A stretch of 64,000 nucleotides of DNA. Origin: Eledone cirrhosa. Taxonomy: Eukaryota. Both the position numbers and the translations under genes were made by a program. Where the stretch lies: positions 36,394,001-36,458,000 of the forward strand of contig OZ024744.1 of NCBI GenBank assembly GCA_964016885.1. Direction: 5' to 3'. This document shows, in pieces, positions 42,440-55,200 of the stretch (the first letter of the stretch is position 1; every line of letters starts with the position of its first letter). The notes beneath the pieces are model-generated. The model ran no database searches and was not told the origin of the DNA. It saw only the letters and a list, made by a program, of their open reading frames with translations.

Positions 42440-44360
42440 CTAAATTGTTTCCATAAACAATACAATCACATTAGGTAACTTAGGAGGAAATTTATTGTGC
42501 CTTTTTTTGATAATGTTGTCACTAATTTCATCCCAATTTTCAGCACCACTTTTTACCAGACAAGTATAATGGCCTGCCGTAGATGATACTCCTTCATGAA
42601 GAATAGCAGCTTTTAATGTGAAATTTGTGCCATATATTTACTGCCCTTTTGAGCTAAAGTTCATAATATCACAATTAATTCTTTGTTCTCCTTCATTATT
42701 AATCAAAACTCTACTAATTGAGATGACAAGATATTTGAAATCGTTAGTAAATTCAATTCTTGAAGTTATTTGATGCTCAGTGTTTTCAGAACAAGTATCA
42801 CAGTATTTAGTCAAAGTATTTGTTGTTGAAAGTAGAGATTTAAATTGTTGTGTGCCATTAATAGGATTTAATATCAAATCCTCTTTTATTTGAAATGGAA
42901 GTTCAGATTCTATACCACATCCAGGTCTTGAATTACAATTGCAAACATTGTTATTTAAAGCTTGGCAATTTGTTTCATACAATCGGATGCATCTAGTATG
43001 ATCAGTTTGAATAAATTGAAGTTTTTCTCTAAATACCAAGTCCAAAATTCATGAGCACATTGCTTATTTCCATCAAGAAATCTTCCTCCAATTATTCTTC
43101 TTAAGTTAGAGACATTATTATGATTATTAAAAATGATATTGCTTAATTCTTGATGTACTCCATTCATGTTGTTAAAATTATGCAAATTGTACAAATTCAG
43201 GCAATTGATTCAGTGATTGCACAACTGAATTTGCAAAACAAGTATTTCTTTGGTTGGTCAATTGATGTTTAGGGATTAAAGTTTGGCTGTTTTCATTTCT
43301 TTTCTTCTTTTTGGCAGGTTGGTTTGAATTTTCTTCCAAATTAAGTCTTTTAGTTCATTTCTTGGGCATGCTAGAAGCATTTGCCATGCAAGGATGCTTT
43401 TTCCTGCAAGGTGGCAATGGAGGCAAATCTGCTCTTCCAGTACTAGCCCGTAGTTTGTTGTACTCTTCCCATGCAGATTTGTCAACCATGATCAATGATC
43501 TTGGATCAAAGTCACAGAGATACACATTGCAAAGTTTTCTGGCTCTTGAAAGAGCCACATAAGCTTGACCATCAGAAAATATCTGATTTCCTAAATCAGC
43601 AATTATTCCATCCACAGAAATTCCTTGTGATTTGTGAATTGTTATAGAGTAAGCAAGAGACAATGGAAATTGTGTTCTGGTGACAAAAACACCAGGAGAA
43701 ATTTCATAGTCTGCTTGAACTCTTCCAATGGAAATGGATTTGTCCTTTTTGGTATCAAAAGACACCAACATTTTGTCACATTGCTTCCATTCCCAATTAA
43801 TTCAATAACTGTTCCAATAACACCATTGCATAAGCCTTGATCTACATCAATGTTTCGTTTCAACATCACTCTTGCTCCAATTCCAACATTTAGCAAAGTT
43901 TCTAGTCCAGCAGTATCAGAAGTTTTCTTGTTTTTGCCTTTTTCAACATTTTTCTTTGTTCTTCCATTTACTTGTCTCATACCAGAATCTTTTGCAGCAA
44001 GTTTCACTGCATTTATGTTGCATTTTTTAATCATTTCATTATTCAACTCATCAACAGCTTCATTCAAAGGTAAAATGCATACAAAATTTAATTCAGGAAT
44101 AGAATACAATTCAATCAATTTTTTAGCAATTTCTTCGACAGATGCTTTTCTATCAGTAAATAGGCATCTTTTTTGAAGAATGCTAATATCAGAGTCTGAT
44201 GAGGAACCAATCCTAGTTCTTCCAAAATATCAACATAGTTGTCTTTGTCTTCTATTTGTCTCATATTAATGGTTAGCTCATCATATTGAAAGTATTTCCA
44301 CAATGAATGCCCACTAATGCCAATTTCTGTTTTTTTGGCCTCATATGATGAAATTCTCGA
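42440..44360 (-). pseudogene. 5'-truncated Helitron/Helentron-like Pif1 helicase fused to a C-terminal USP (peptidase C19) domain
   Basis: Helicase: LWKYFQYDELTINMRQ, GARVMLKRNIDVDQGLCNG, RTQFPLSLAYSITIHKSQG, GQAYVALSRA. USP: LTNQRNTCFANSVVQSL, KQCAHEF, CDTC, AILHEGVSSTAGHY, WDEISD. Confidence 0.85.
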
Positions 44361-44741
44361 TAATGTTTATTTGAGTTACTTAAGGGAAACTACTTGGTAC
44401 AGCTACGATGGATGTATACTAGAGTTATGTCTCTTAGCGTTACTCCTCATCTGATTTCGTCACTTAAAGTCACACAACTCTATTTCTATGACACCAATCT
44501 TTTCAATATTGACAAATTTCGATTCAGCTTATGGAGTTCTATCTACGGAGATGAGTAGCATGACATTTTATTCGAAATTTAAAAAAGTTATGATGAGTCA
44601 AAGTCAATGAGGTGCCTTATCCGCCACTACTTGACCACATATTTTAGCGTAACTTTTTCCTACTGACCCAAATTTCAATTTCGTTATAGCAAAATGTAAC
44701 CTGGGATGAGTCCATTCTAGTGCAAAAAACCTGATCAAATT

Positions 44742-47700
44742 GTGCTGGGATTGTATGGAGCTAGTGGATAGGGGAAGAGGGTGCAAGAGCCTCACCAACC
44801 TGCTCAGACGTTTTGAACTGTCTGACAGGTATCGACTGGATCACCCGAATGTGCCAATGTGGACATGGACAAACCGTATCGGGTCATCCAGATCGTATCT
44901 CGATAGGGTATTCTGCAGAAAACTAGATAAGGTTAGTATAAGTTGTCCACAATTTAAAATAGTCGACTACACAGACCACAAATTTGTGATCTGTGAGGTC
45001 GACATAGACAGACTTCATAGACAAGGGCCTGGTTACTGGAAGCTGAACGCGTCTTTCCCGGCGCGCAAAGCCTACCAAGACCGGATTAGCGTATTACTTA
45101 AGCGGTTGTTGACGGGAACGGTCGTCAACAACAGGTGGTGGTTCGCCCTGAAAAGGGCAATTAAAGTAGAGTCGATTAGGTTTGCAAAGGACTAGTGATA
45201 GAGGAACATAGAGTAGAGGGAGAGCTAGTCAGAATGCTAGAAGAGGGGTTTGGGACAAGCAACGCAACCGACGTGTTTGCGGCGAGATTGGCATTCGAAC
45301 AATTCTTCAACGCAAAACACGAAGGCTGCGTTGTTAGAGCTAGAGCGCGTGCTCTGAAACACGAGGGGACAAAAGCCTTCAAATTGGCCCGAGTGGCAGA
45401 GGCGCGACGTGGAAACAAAGCCACAATTCGGTCATTATCTGAGCAAAACGGGTGAGGGTTGCTCGAACCCGAGCAGATGTATGAAGCTTTTCAGCAGCAA
45501 TTTGCTGAACTGTTCGGGAGCAGCGGCGGCCTGGATCGGGGCATGGACTTCAGTGCATACCTCGACGGACTGCCTCGGCTCTCGACGACCGCAGCACAGT
45601 GTTGCGAAGAGCCAATAACCTCCGGTGAAATACGGGAAGCGATGGCTAACTACATGAGGGGTAAATCGCCAGGTTTGGATGGTCTGCCCTACGAGCTTTA
45701 TGCATTTATGCCAAACTTGTTCGGTGACCTCTTGGCAGACGTCTACTGCAACTGGCAGCAGAACGGGAGCATTCCCAGTTTTATAAGCCGGGGAGCGGTG
45801 GCGCTGCTGAGAAAAGACCCGATCAAGGGGGATGTTATCGATAATTTCAGGCCCATTACTCTGCTAAACGCAGAGTTCAAGATTTTGGCCAAGGTCTTAG
45901 CAACGAGGTTGGCGCTTCTCGTCAAGGGTCTGGTGGGAAAGGCGCAGGCATGCGCCATTCCGAACAGATCCATACACGACCACCTCCACCTCATGCGATA
46001 CATCATAGATAGGGTGGTTAAGGAACCTGGCATGGGTGGGGGCCCTGATCAACTTGGATCAATCCAAAGCATTCGATAGGGTCGACCATCGGTACCTGGC
46101 GGCGGTCCTCGAGGCAGCCGGTTTCGGGCCCGTTTTCAGGAGTTGGATCGCTGCGAAGTACAGCGACATCTGCTCGGTTGTGAGGGGGAACCGTCACCTG
46201 TCGCAGCCGTTCAGCATCATGCGCTTGGTCCGCCAGATTTGACCCCTCTTGTCCTTCTTGTACGTATTGGCTCTCGATCCGTTACTGCACAAACCGGGGG
46301 CGACGAGGGGCGTCCCACACGAACTAGGATGCGGGAAATCCGAGTCGGCTTACTCTGACGACGTCACCGTGGTGGTATCGAGCACCAGACACATCCAGAT
46401 GCTCGGCACCGCTCTCAAGGAATATGAAGCGGTGACAGGAGCAAAGATAAAACAGGAAAAGTCGGTAGGTTTGCAGCTCGTCACCTGGAAAGGCAAGTCC
46501 ATGGCGTCCGACAGCGTCGTGGGGCGTTGGACGGACGGACCGGTTAAATTGCTCGGGGTCTGGTTCGGATCGGACCTCCAGATGGAGAAAAACTGGAACG
46601 AGGTGACGAGCAAGGTGGCATCCCTCACCTATAAATGGGCCGAGAGGTGGCTGTCCCTGAAAGACCGGGCGGAGGTGGCGAATGCGTACATTGCATCCGT
46701 CATCTGCTACCGCCTCACCGTCGTCCCTTGCCTCGGCCCACCTCTCACCAAAATGGAGCGCCTCCTCTTCCGCTTTTTGTGGAAGGGACGCGCTCCCATG
46801 GTCAGACTATCCATCTGCTGTCAACACCCTTTGCGTGGAGGACTGGGCATGCCATGGCTGATGATGCGCAAACATGCGCTGAGGCTGAGGCATCTCTGGT
46901 GCTTCCTTGACGGTGAACAGGTGTGGTCGCTGTTCGCCAGGCATGTTTTTCCACAGCTCGTCTCCTTGACGCTGCTGTCCTTGGTTGGCAGGAAAAGCCC
47001 GAGGGATAGCGCTTGGAAACTGGCATGTCTGCAGGCGCTCACTGCCCTCTACCAGCTGGGCACTGATATAGGTGGAACATCCACCTTCGTGTTCTATAGA
47101 GGGCTAGTGGAGGGGAAGAGCGACGGCGTTCTCGGAGAGATCCTGGGCGTCGCAGAAGATCAGCTGTTTGTTCTCTTCCGGAGAACTATCAGCCCAGGGC
47201 CTATGGATAACTTCCAAAACTCCCTGGCCTAGCAGTGCTACCGGGGAGCGCTGCCGGTTCGAGATAAGCTCTAGAGGCAAGGAAGTGCGGTCAGCCGAAC
47301 CTGTCCGAGAGCGCGCAGAGCGACGAAATCGTCGTGCACGCACTCGTTCAGTGCCCGAGCATTGCTGACTTGTGGAGCTATGTCGAACAGTTGCTGTCGC
47401 GTGTAGGACTGATCCGGTTATCGACTGAGTCTATTGTGCAGATGGTCTCGCCGTCTTCCTTCGAGGAGGAAGGGCAGGCGGTTTTCATCTGCCTGGTGGC
47501 CATGGCGAAAGAGATTGTGTGGTGGAACAGGTTGAAAGGGATAAAGACAGACACTCTCCACTTCGGCGAATCCCTAATTAACTTTTTCAAGTTTCACTTG
47601 AAGAGGAATATCAGGGAGGATTTTATTGTTTATATATATATATACGTTTCTATGTCCTTTTTTTCTTTTCTTATATAAATAATTAAAATATTTACACGCA

Positions 47701-47786
47701 CAAAACCCACATCGTACCCTCCTGTACCGTCCTGTGCCGTCTGTAATGTTTTCTTGATGTCAGCCCTTGTGGCCAATAAATAAATC
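44742..47786 (+). mobile_element. Tx1-clade LINE, copy 2 (5'-truncated, 3' end present)
   Basis: APE C-terminal half, RT (GKSPGLDGLP, YSDD) and degenerate CCHC; ends GCCCTTGTGGCCAATAAATAAATC then (ATT)n. Confidence 0.92.
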
Positions 47787-47801
47787 ATTATTATTATTAT
47801 T

Positions 47802-50800
47802 GTTCTTTGAGTCTCAGTCATTGATGGTAGTTATCTGGAAAGTTTGTTGAAATGAATATCAAGCCACTCCCTGCAGCCTCAGATATTCAGGATGTATCGG
47901 AGGGTTCTTGCTGTTCCCAGCAAGCATGCCTTTTGCAGCGTTCCAAAAAGCGTGGCGGGGCCAATTTTCTTTAACCATCCCTGGAAACCTTTTGAGATAG
48001 TACCTAGTGCGCCTATGACAATCGGGACCACTTTGACTTCATGGCAGTTCCAAATCCTTTTTACCTCCCACTTTAATTCCTGGTATCGGTTAATTTTCTC
48101 CCTCTCCTTCTCTTGTACTTACGTGTCGAATGGGCAGGCCACATCCACAATCAGGCACGATCTTTTTTCCTTGTCCACAACCACCAGGTCAAGTTTATTG
48201 TGTTCCAGTTTCTTGTCCGTCTGTATCCTAAAATCCCACAGCACCTTCACCTGATCGTTTTCTATCACCGCCTCTGGCTTATGCTCATACCACTTCTCAG
48301 AATGTGGTAAATTGTTTACTTTGCATAGGTGCCAGTGGATCACACTGCCCATCACATCATGTCTCCAGCCTTTATAGTGAGTCTGGGCTAGGTGTTTACA
48401 CTCGGATACAATTTGAGCCACAGTCTCCTCTCTCTCTCCACAGATCCTGCAGGTGGACTAGCCTCCTCCTTGTAAATATGGTGTTTCAACCACTTCGTTT
48501 TGAGAGCCTGCTTGCGCAGCCATTAGCATTCTTTCTGTAGCCTTTTTAAGGTCTCCTCTTTTCAACCAGTTCCATGTCTGTGGATCTCTGAATTCAGTTT
48601 TCTCAAAGAAGGTTCTATGAAGGGATTTTTCATGAAGGCTGCTCTTTCTCCTTGTTATTTCCTCCTTGGACATCTCCTGGTCTATTGTCCTCTCCTTCAG
48701 TACAATTCTGAGCATTGGCTCCTTACTATTTGTGTAGGTCATTTTTCTCCATCTGAACACAGTCCGCTATGCTGATAAGACCTCTTCCACCTTCAGATCT
48801 CCTTAAGTAGAGTCTATCGACATCACTCCTCTTGTGGAACATGTTGTAGATAGTCAATAGTTTCCTAGTTTTCCTATCCATTTCTTTTTGTTCAGCAACA
48901 TTCCATGTCAGAATTCCCGCACTGTACCTAATAATAGACACAGCTCGGGAATTTACTGCACTTATGGCATTCCTACTGTTCAGATGTGACTTTAATACGC
49001 TCCTTACTCTCCGAAGTATTCAGATCTTATCAATTCCTTCATTTTTTTGTTCTTGATGTGATCAGCCTCCAGAACACCCAGATACTTGTATCAGTGTCAA
49101 TTTCCTTTATCATCTTTACCTGTTGGTACCTGGATTCCGTTACTTCTGCTCAATTTACCCCTCTTCATCACAAGGACTCCACACTTACTAATACCAAATT
49201 GCATACATATATCATTGTTGAAAATATGGACAGTGTCAACAAGCACATCCAACTCCTTCTCACTCTTCCCGAAGGGCTTAAGATCGTCCATGAAGAGGAG
49301 GTGATTGATGGTAAGCTCTCCCTTTCCCAACTTGTATCCTGCTCTCACTTTTCGCAGTATAATGGTCAGGGACATCAGGGCAAGGACAAACAACAGAGGG
49401 GACAGACTATCTCCCTGGAAGAAACCTCTCTTGATCTTCACGCTTCCCAAGGATTCTCCAGCTGATGTTAACTCTGTTTTCCAGGACATCATACTTTTGC
49501 CCAACAACTGTTTGATGTTATCTGCCACCTTGAAGATCTCCAGGCTTTTGGTGATCCAAGAATGAGGCACCATATCAAATGCCTTTCTGTAGTCTATCCA
49601 TCCCATGGCAAGACCAGTGTGTCTCCTCTTGCAATTCATCATTACCATCTTATCAATAAGTAACTGGTCCTTTGTACCACGGGACTTCTTTCGGCATCCT
49701 TTCTGTTCGTCAGGTAACAAGTTGTTTTTATGTGGGGGTGATGGTAGATTTCCTCAGACATAATGCTTGTCAACAGTTTCCACATTACGGACAGACATCT
49801 GATAGATCTATAGTTGGCAACATCATTACCCTAGAATCGGTCTTTCATTACCAGAACTGTGGTACCTTTTATCAACCACTCTGGTACCTCACCTGACATC
49901 AAGCAGTCATTGAACATGGTTGTCAGTTTCGGGTGGAGGGATGTTATATTTTTAATCCAATACCCCTGCACACCATCTGGGCCTGGTGATTTCCAGTTGG
50001 TTAGTTTTTTCGCCTGCCCCTTAAGAGTTTCAACTGTGATACTCAAATCAGTTTGTTGGTGTGCCTGTTCACTAATCTCCTTTTGTACTGTCTCAATCCA
50101 CACTGCCTGGTCATTATGTTTAACATCCTGTTCCCATATTCCTCTCCAGAATGTCTTAGTTTGTTCCGCCTCAGGGATCAAGTCGTTGCCTCTTTCTTTC
50201 CCTTCAAGCTGTTCAAACAGCATCATCTGGTTGTTGTCAAAGATGCGGTTCTGTCTATACTGACTGACTCTGCTCTCGTATCGCCTAATTTTTGCACTCT
50301 TTGCTACAATGCGTTGCTTCAATTCCTCTATGATAATATTTAGATTTTCCTCCTAGTTTTGTACTTTATTTCCAGTCTATTTTTAGTGTCTATGTTTTTT
50401 AGTGTCCCGTTCAGTAAGGACTCAAGCTTTCCAATGTCATTTCTCATTTCCCTGATTTGACCATTCAGTGGTTTGTTCCACTAAGGTTCTGATCTTTCTT
50501 GTTTGTTGTTTCCTCTCGCTTTTATGCCAAGTAATTTCCTCACCGCATTTGCTGTTGCTTTGAGGATATCGTTGCACTGGTGAAGGCTCCTCGCCTCAAT
50601 GTATGGGATGACTTTGTTTACCTTAGCTGTTGTTTCTTTTAACTTTTTCCTGTCTACAAATCTTAGGTTCATAGGTTTCCCATTATCATTGTTCAATTCA
50701 TCTACCACTAAGTTTAGGATATCAACCAAATCTTGTCCTAGCCCGTCAGCATTCATCTCCTCAATGGCCCCTGTTCCAGGTATTATTTATTTCAGTATTC

Positions 50801-52169
50801 AGATCATTGTCTGCTTCGGATGGTTCCTCCGTTCTCTCAACCTCTTCACCTTCATTTCCCACTGGCTCGTTTGCCTGGCATACTCCACTCTCCATTTCCA
50901 AGCTAATCGCTCTGCTCAGTTCCTCCAGTTCCAGCTCGCTTATCCACCCATTAGTTCTTATTACCCGAGCCTGCGCAGCCAATTTTTGTTCATCTAATTT
51001 AAATAGACCAATCTCGTTCCAGATGTTATGCATCCGTTTCCTATAGCCTTTCTCCTTGGGGTTACTCTTCAGGTAACATTGCATAACAGTTCTATTCAAT
51101 TCTTTCGTCCAGTTGGTTCTGGTCCCTTTCTTTCTTCTTTTTCCTCCGGCACCAGCAGTATTTGGTTGACAGCCAGGTCCCTGCTGCTGAGCCAGGGAGC
51201 ACCTGCTGGGTGAGAGTCTGTCACATGACATTCCAGTCTCCACTTCACCGTTATTCGAACTGTTTAGGTTCGACATTTAAACACTCTTATCGAGGATTGG
51301 TGCATGTATGGTTACATAACCACCGGTGATTTCATCACCCCCGGTGATTTTAGTGTGGCACTATCACGTTGTAGACGAACATAAATAAACAAACAAACAA
51401 ATAGGTAAAAAAAAACCCAAAAAGAATAAGCATAAGTTTCATTGTAATGTAATGTTTGAATGCCTGACTTAGTTTTTATTTTCTCCTTCTCTGTCTGTTT
51501 GTTTTTCTTTTCATTTTTCTTTTCTTTACGATTTTCGTTGTTGCTGTGGTGTTTTGATTTTGATTTTTGGTTTTTTATTTTTTGACCGGGTCATCAAATC
51601 AGTCTATTTATATCTTTTGATGCCTTCCTCTTTTAGTGGGGGTACTACGATGCATGTCTTAGCAGGAGGTAGTGGGAGAGAATAGCGGCGGTAGCGATAA
51701 TGAGGCAGCGGTCCTGGTGTTGGTGGTGTTGTGCTAGTAGTACTTAGCAGGAGGTAGTGGGAGAGAATAGCGGCGGTAGCGATAATGAGGCAGTAGTGGC
51801 GGTGATGTGATCGTAGTACTGTAGTGATGATGGTGTTGAAGTTGAAGTAGAAATAGAAGTTGAGGTAACTTGACTCGAGTTTTTGGCGTGGTAGTGGTGA
51901 TGGTGGCGGTGGTGGTGTTGGTGATGAAATTATTTAGCCATTTTGCCATGTTCCTCTTTTTCGACTATAACATTTCTGATCCAATATTAAATATTGGGGC
52001 CCTATACCGTAAAGTGATGCGTTGTTGCTTGCTGAACGTTAAAAATGTAATCTTATACTCCATTTGTAATAAGAATTATTCTATCACAGTTGTTTTAAAT
52101 AAGTAAAACTCAAAAACTTACGGCAACGATTCCATAACGATATATCTCCACCATGTGCGTTTTCTTCCC

Positions 52170-52170
<1 letters not shown>
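47802..52170 (-). mobile_element. R4/Dong-like family B, full-length copy
   Basis: Disrupted ORF 51276 to 47879 with [39 protein letters not shown] and RLE; (ATT)n at both ends. Confidence 0.93.
47879..51276 (-). pseudogene. Family B RT-CCHC-RLE polyprotein, disrupted
   Basis: Colinear fragments 50761-51276, 50481-50756, 49831-50322, 49097-49720, 48726-48941, 48458-48760 and 48119-48421. Confidence 0.9.
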
Positions 52171-52204
<34 letters not shown>

Positions 52205-55200
52205 GGCGACCTACGTAGTAAATCGTATCATCGTGAGCTCCGCAAAGGTTTGATATTTTCAGTTATTTAAATTTGCCATTTATGGAAAATTTTTATTGTT
52301 AACTATATATAAGTGCACACACATTGATTTCCGAAAAGGATACTCAAAAATATTGGGGCCTTGAACCCAAAATTTAAACTTTTTATAATTATCAAACAAA
52401 CAATTTTTTCTTTGAAAAATAATGGATGACTCAGATTCACTCCTTCCTCGCAATCCAACACCTCACACCGAAACCACCATTGTAAATATTGCTACGTTTG
52501 CCAACACTGGAATTGTAAGCAGTAGCAATATTTTAAATTTGTCTCAGGCAGACGTTCATTTCCCGCCATTACCAATGACTGCAGGTGTTAAAGCCGCCAT
52601 CACCACCACCACCAACACCACCACCGCGACAACCCCCACCCCCACCACCACCACAGCGACAACACAAACAAAAGAAAAAAAAAATTAAGTCATGATATCG
52701 AAATGAATTCAACCAAAATGAACTCTTCCACACCGAACACCACTGACACCACCACCACCACAACTGAAACTAAAATTAACAATAGCAAAAATAACGATAA
52801 TAACAACAGCAACAATGATTTTAAGAAAACTACCCTGAGTTTTGCCAGAGTAGCAAAAACGTGCGAAGCGATGCAGGTAACTCAGGAAGAATTAGACGAA
52901 GCCAAAGGAATGGTAAAGAAAGATGGGTACAGCAAATTCTTCAGCCTCACCCCCACCTAATAAAACGGAGCAACGTCGCCTATGCACCGTGTCTTATCGG
53001 ACAATGAACATAAAATCGCGCCGAGTGGAACGGGCATCTGAGTCCCAAATCCAAAAAGCTTTGGGACATGTGTGGGCAAAAGTATGGAACCGTGGAGTGT
53101 TCTTTGAAACACCACAGGAGGCCAGAGAACACTCCATGGCCTCATTAAGAAGTGACGACTTTACACTCATCCCAAGCTATTGTGGCCAGAGACTTGTGAA
53201 GATCAAGGTGACCCACGTTCCACCGGCCATCGAAATTCCCTGGCTAATGGCTGCCGTCCTCGCTGGCATCGAGGCCAATACCAAAATAATAGAAATAGCA
53301 AAAGAAAAGCAGGAGAACTGGTCCGGATCTGGGATGCAGCTCCTGATCCAAGCGGACCATAAAAGCATTGAGGAGATGCCAGAGGTAATAGACCTCTGAC
53401 GGCAGCCACCTCACCGTAATTGTCGAGGGCAGAAGACCTAGGTGTGTCGTTTGTGGTGAAGGAACCCACCTAAGGGCTTTCTGCCCTCAGGCTAAAAGGT
53501 TGAGGCCACCTCTCTTATCCACCATAGTGACTCAACCATCAACACCACCAGCAGCAGAAATAGCAGCAACAACTGTAGCAGCAACAACATAATCAACTGT
53601 AACAGCAACAACCCCAGCAACAGTAGCAAAACCAACACCACCACCACCCAACGCCCCAGAACTAGCACCAGCGCCTACACCATCCACCACGCCACATCCA
53701 AAACCAACGCCTGTGGAGGATTTTCCACTCCCCGGCTTATCGCAACTGGAGACAGATTGTGACGACGAGGAGTGGGAAACGGTATCAGGAAAAAAGAAGA
53801 AAAAAAAGAAACCGAAAAAGAAAAAATTCTCTTCCTTCCCCCTCAAAAAACAAAATACAGAGGGAAACAAATAAATTATCGAACAAGAAAGTTAAGACAA
53901 ATATGCCACCATCCACACCAGCATCACCAAACCCATCACCACAAACACCAACACCATCACCATCATTAACCCCAACACCACCATCACCAACACCACAAAA
54001 GTCACCAAAAATTGTAAAAGAAACAAACCCACAACAAACGAAAACAAAACAAAACAACCAAAACGATACACACTAAACACTACGTGCAACACAACACCAG
54101 CATCACAGAAAAAGACTACACAACAACCCAAAAGTTCACACCACATACAAATCACTCGCACATACAAATCACTCGCATCACACAGAAAACGTACACGACA
54201 CTAATCAAAAAATTCCCCAAATTCATCGGAGACTTCCGACAAACACTCTCCAGCAGGATTTATAAGGACATCCTTCCGGAGGAGGCCACAAGCAGTGAAA
54301 AGGATGGACAAACCATCCTTCCTCTACGAGAAGTAAGGTAAGTGGTCTTTCCCATCTTTTCCACTCCATTTCAACATGACCTCAATCATAAATGCGCGTG
54401 GCTTGGGGTCGTCATGGAAGCAGGGCCACCTGCTCAACGACCTCAGGTCACTAAACATAGATGTAGTGGCCATCAGCGAGACCAGAATCTCCGAAGCACG
54501 GGCCTTCGCACCGATCTTCGGCGGCTACGATGTGTACGTATCTCCCAGCCGTCCGGGATCGGGGGTGGATTTTCTGTGCTTTTTCGGAGAGGTTTGGATC
54601 TTGCCATACGGGCCATCTTCCTGTACCCAGAAGGTAAGTTGGTGGTGCTGGACGTGACCAGTGGAGACGGGCAAGCTTTCAGGTTAGTGGCCGTCTATGC
54701 CCCGACAGGAACAGGGCGGCCTGATTTCTTCCGGCGTCTGGAGACCTATCTTGGAACGTCCCGCTCTTTAGTGTTAGTGGGCGACTAGAACGGGATCTTA
54801 GATGCACGCTGGGATTGTGTGGGATTAGTGGATAGGGAAGGAGGGTGCAAGAGTCTCACCAACCTGCTCAGACGTTTTGAACTGTCTGACAGGTACCGAT
54901 TGGATTTCCCGAATGTGCCAATGTGGACTTGGACAAATCGCATAGGGTCATCCAGATCATATCTAGATAGAGTAGTTTGTAGAGAAATAGATAGGTCTAG
55001 CATAGGCTGTCCACAATTCAAGATAATCAGCTACACGGACCACAAATTCGTGATCTGTGTGCTTGACTTAGATAGGCTTCATAGACGAGGACCCGGCTAC
55101 TGGAAGCTAAATGCGTCCTTACCAGCGCGCAAGGTCTACAGAGACCGGATTAGCGAACTAGTTAAGCGGGCGTTGACGGGGGCCATCGACAACAACAAGT

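Noticed and set aside
42440-43270. Host USP gene or processed pseudogene
   Set aside because: In frame with a transposon-type helicase, compact and divergent, with no poly-A or TSD; treated as an element domain pending a search.
44360-44742. Unassigned segment between the helicase fragment and Tx1 copy 2
   Set aside because: No termini, ORF or internal match that I can support.
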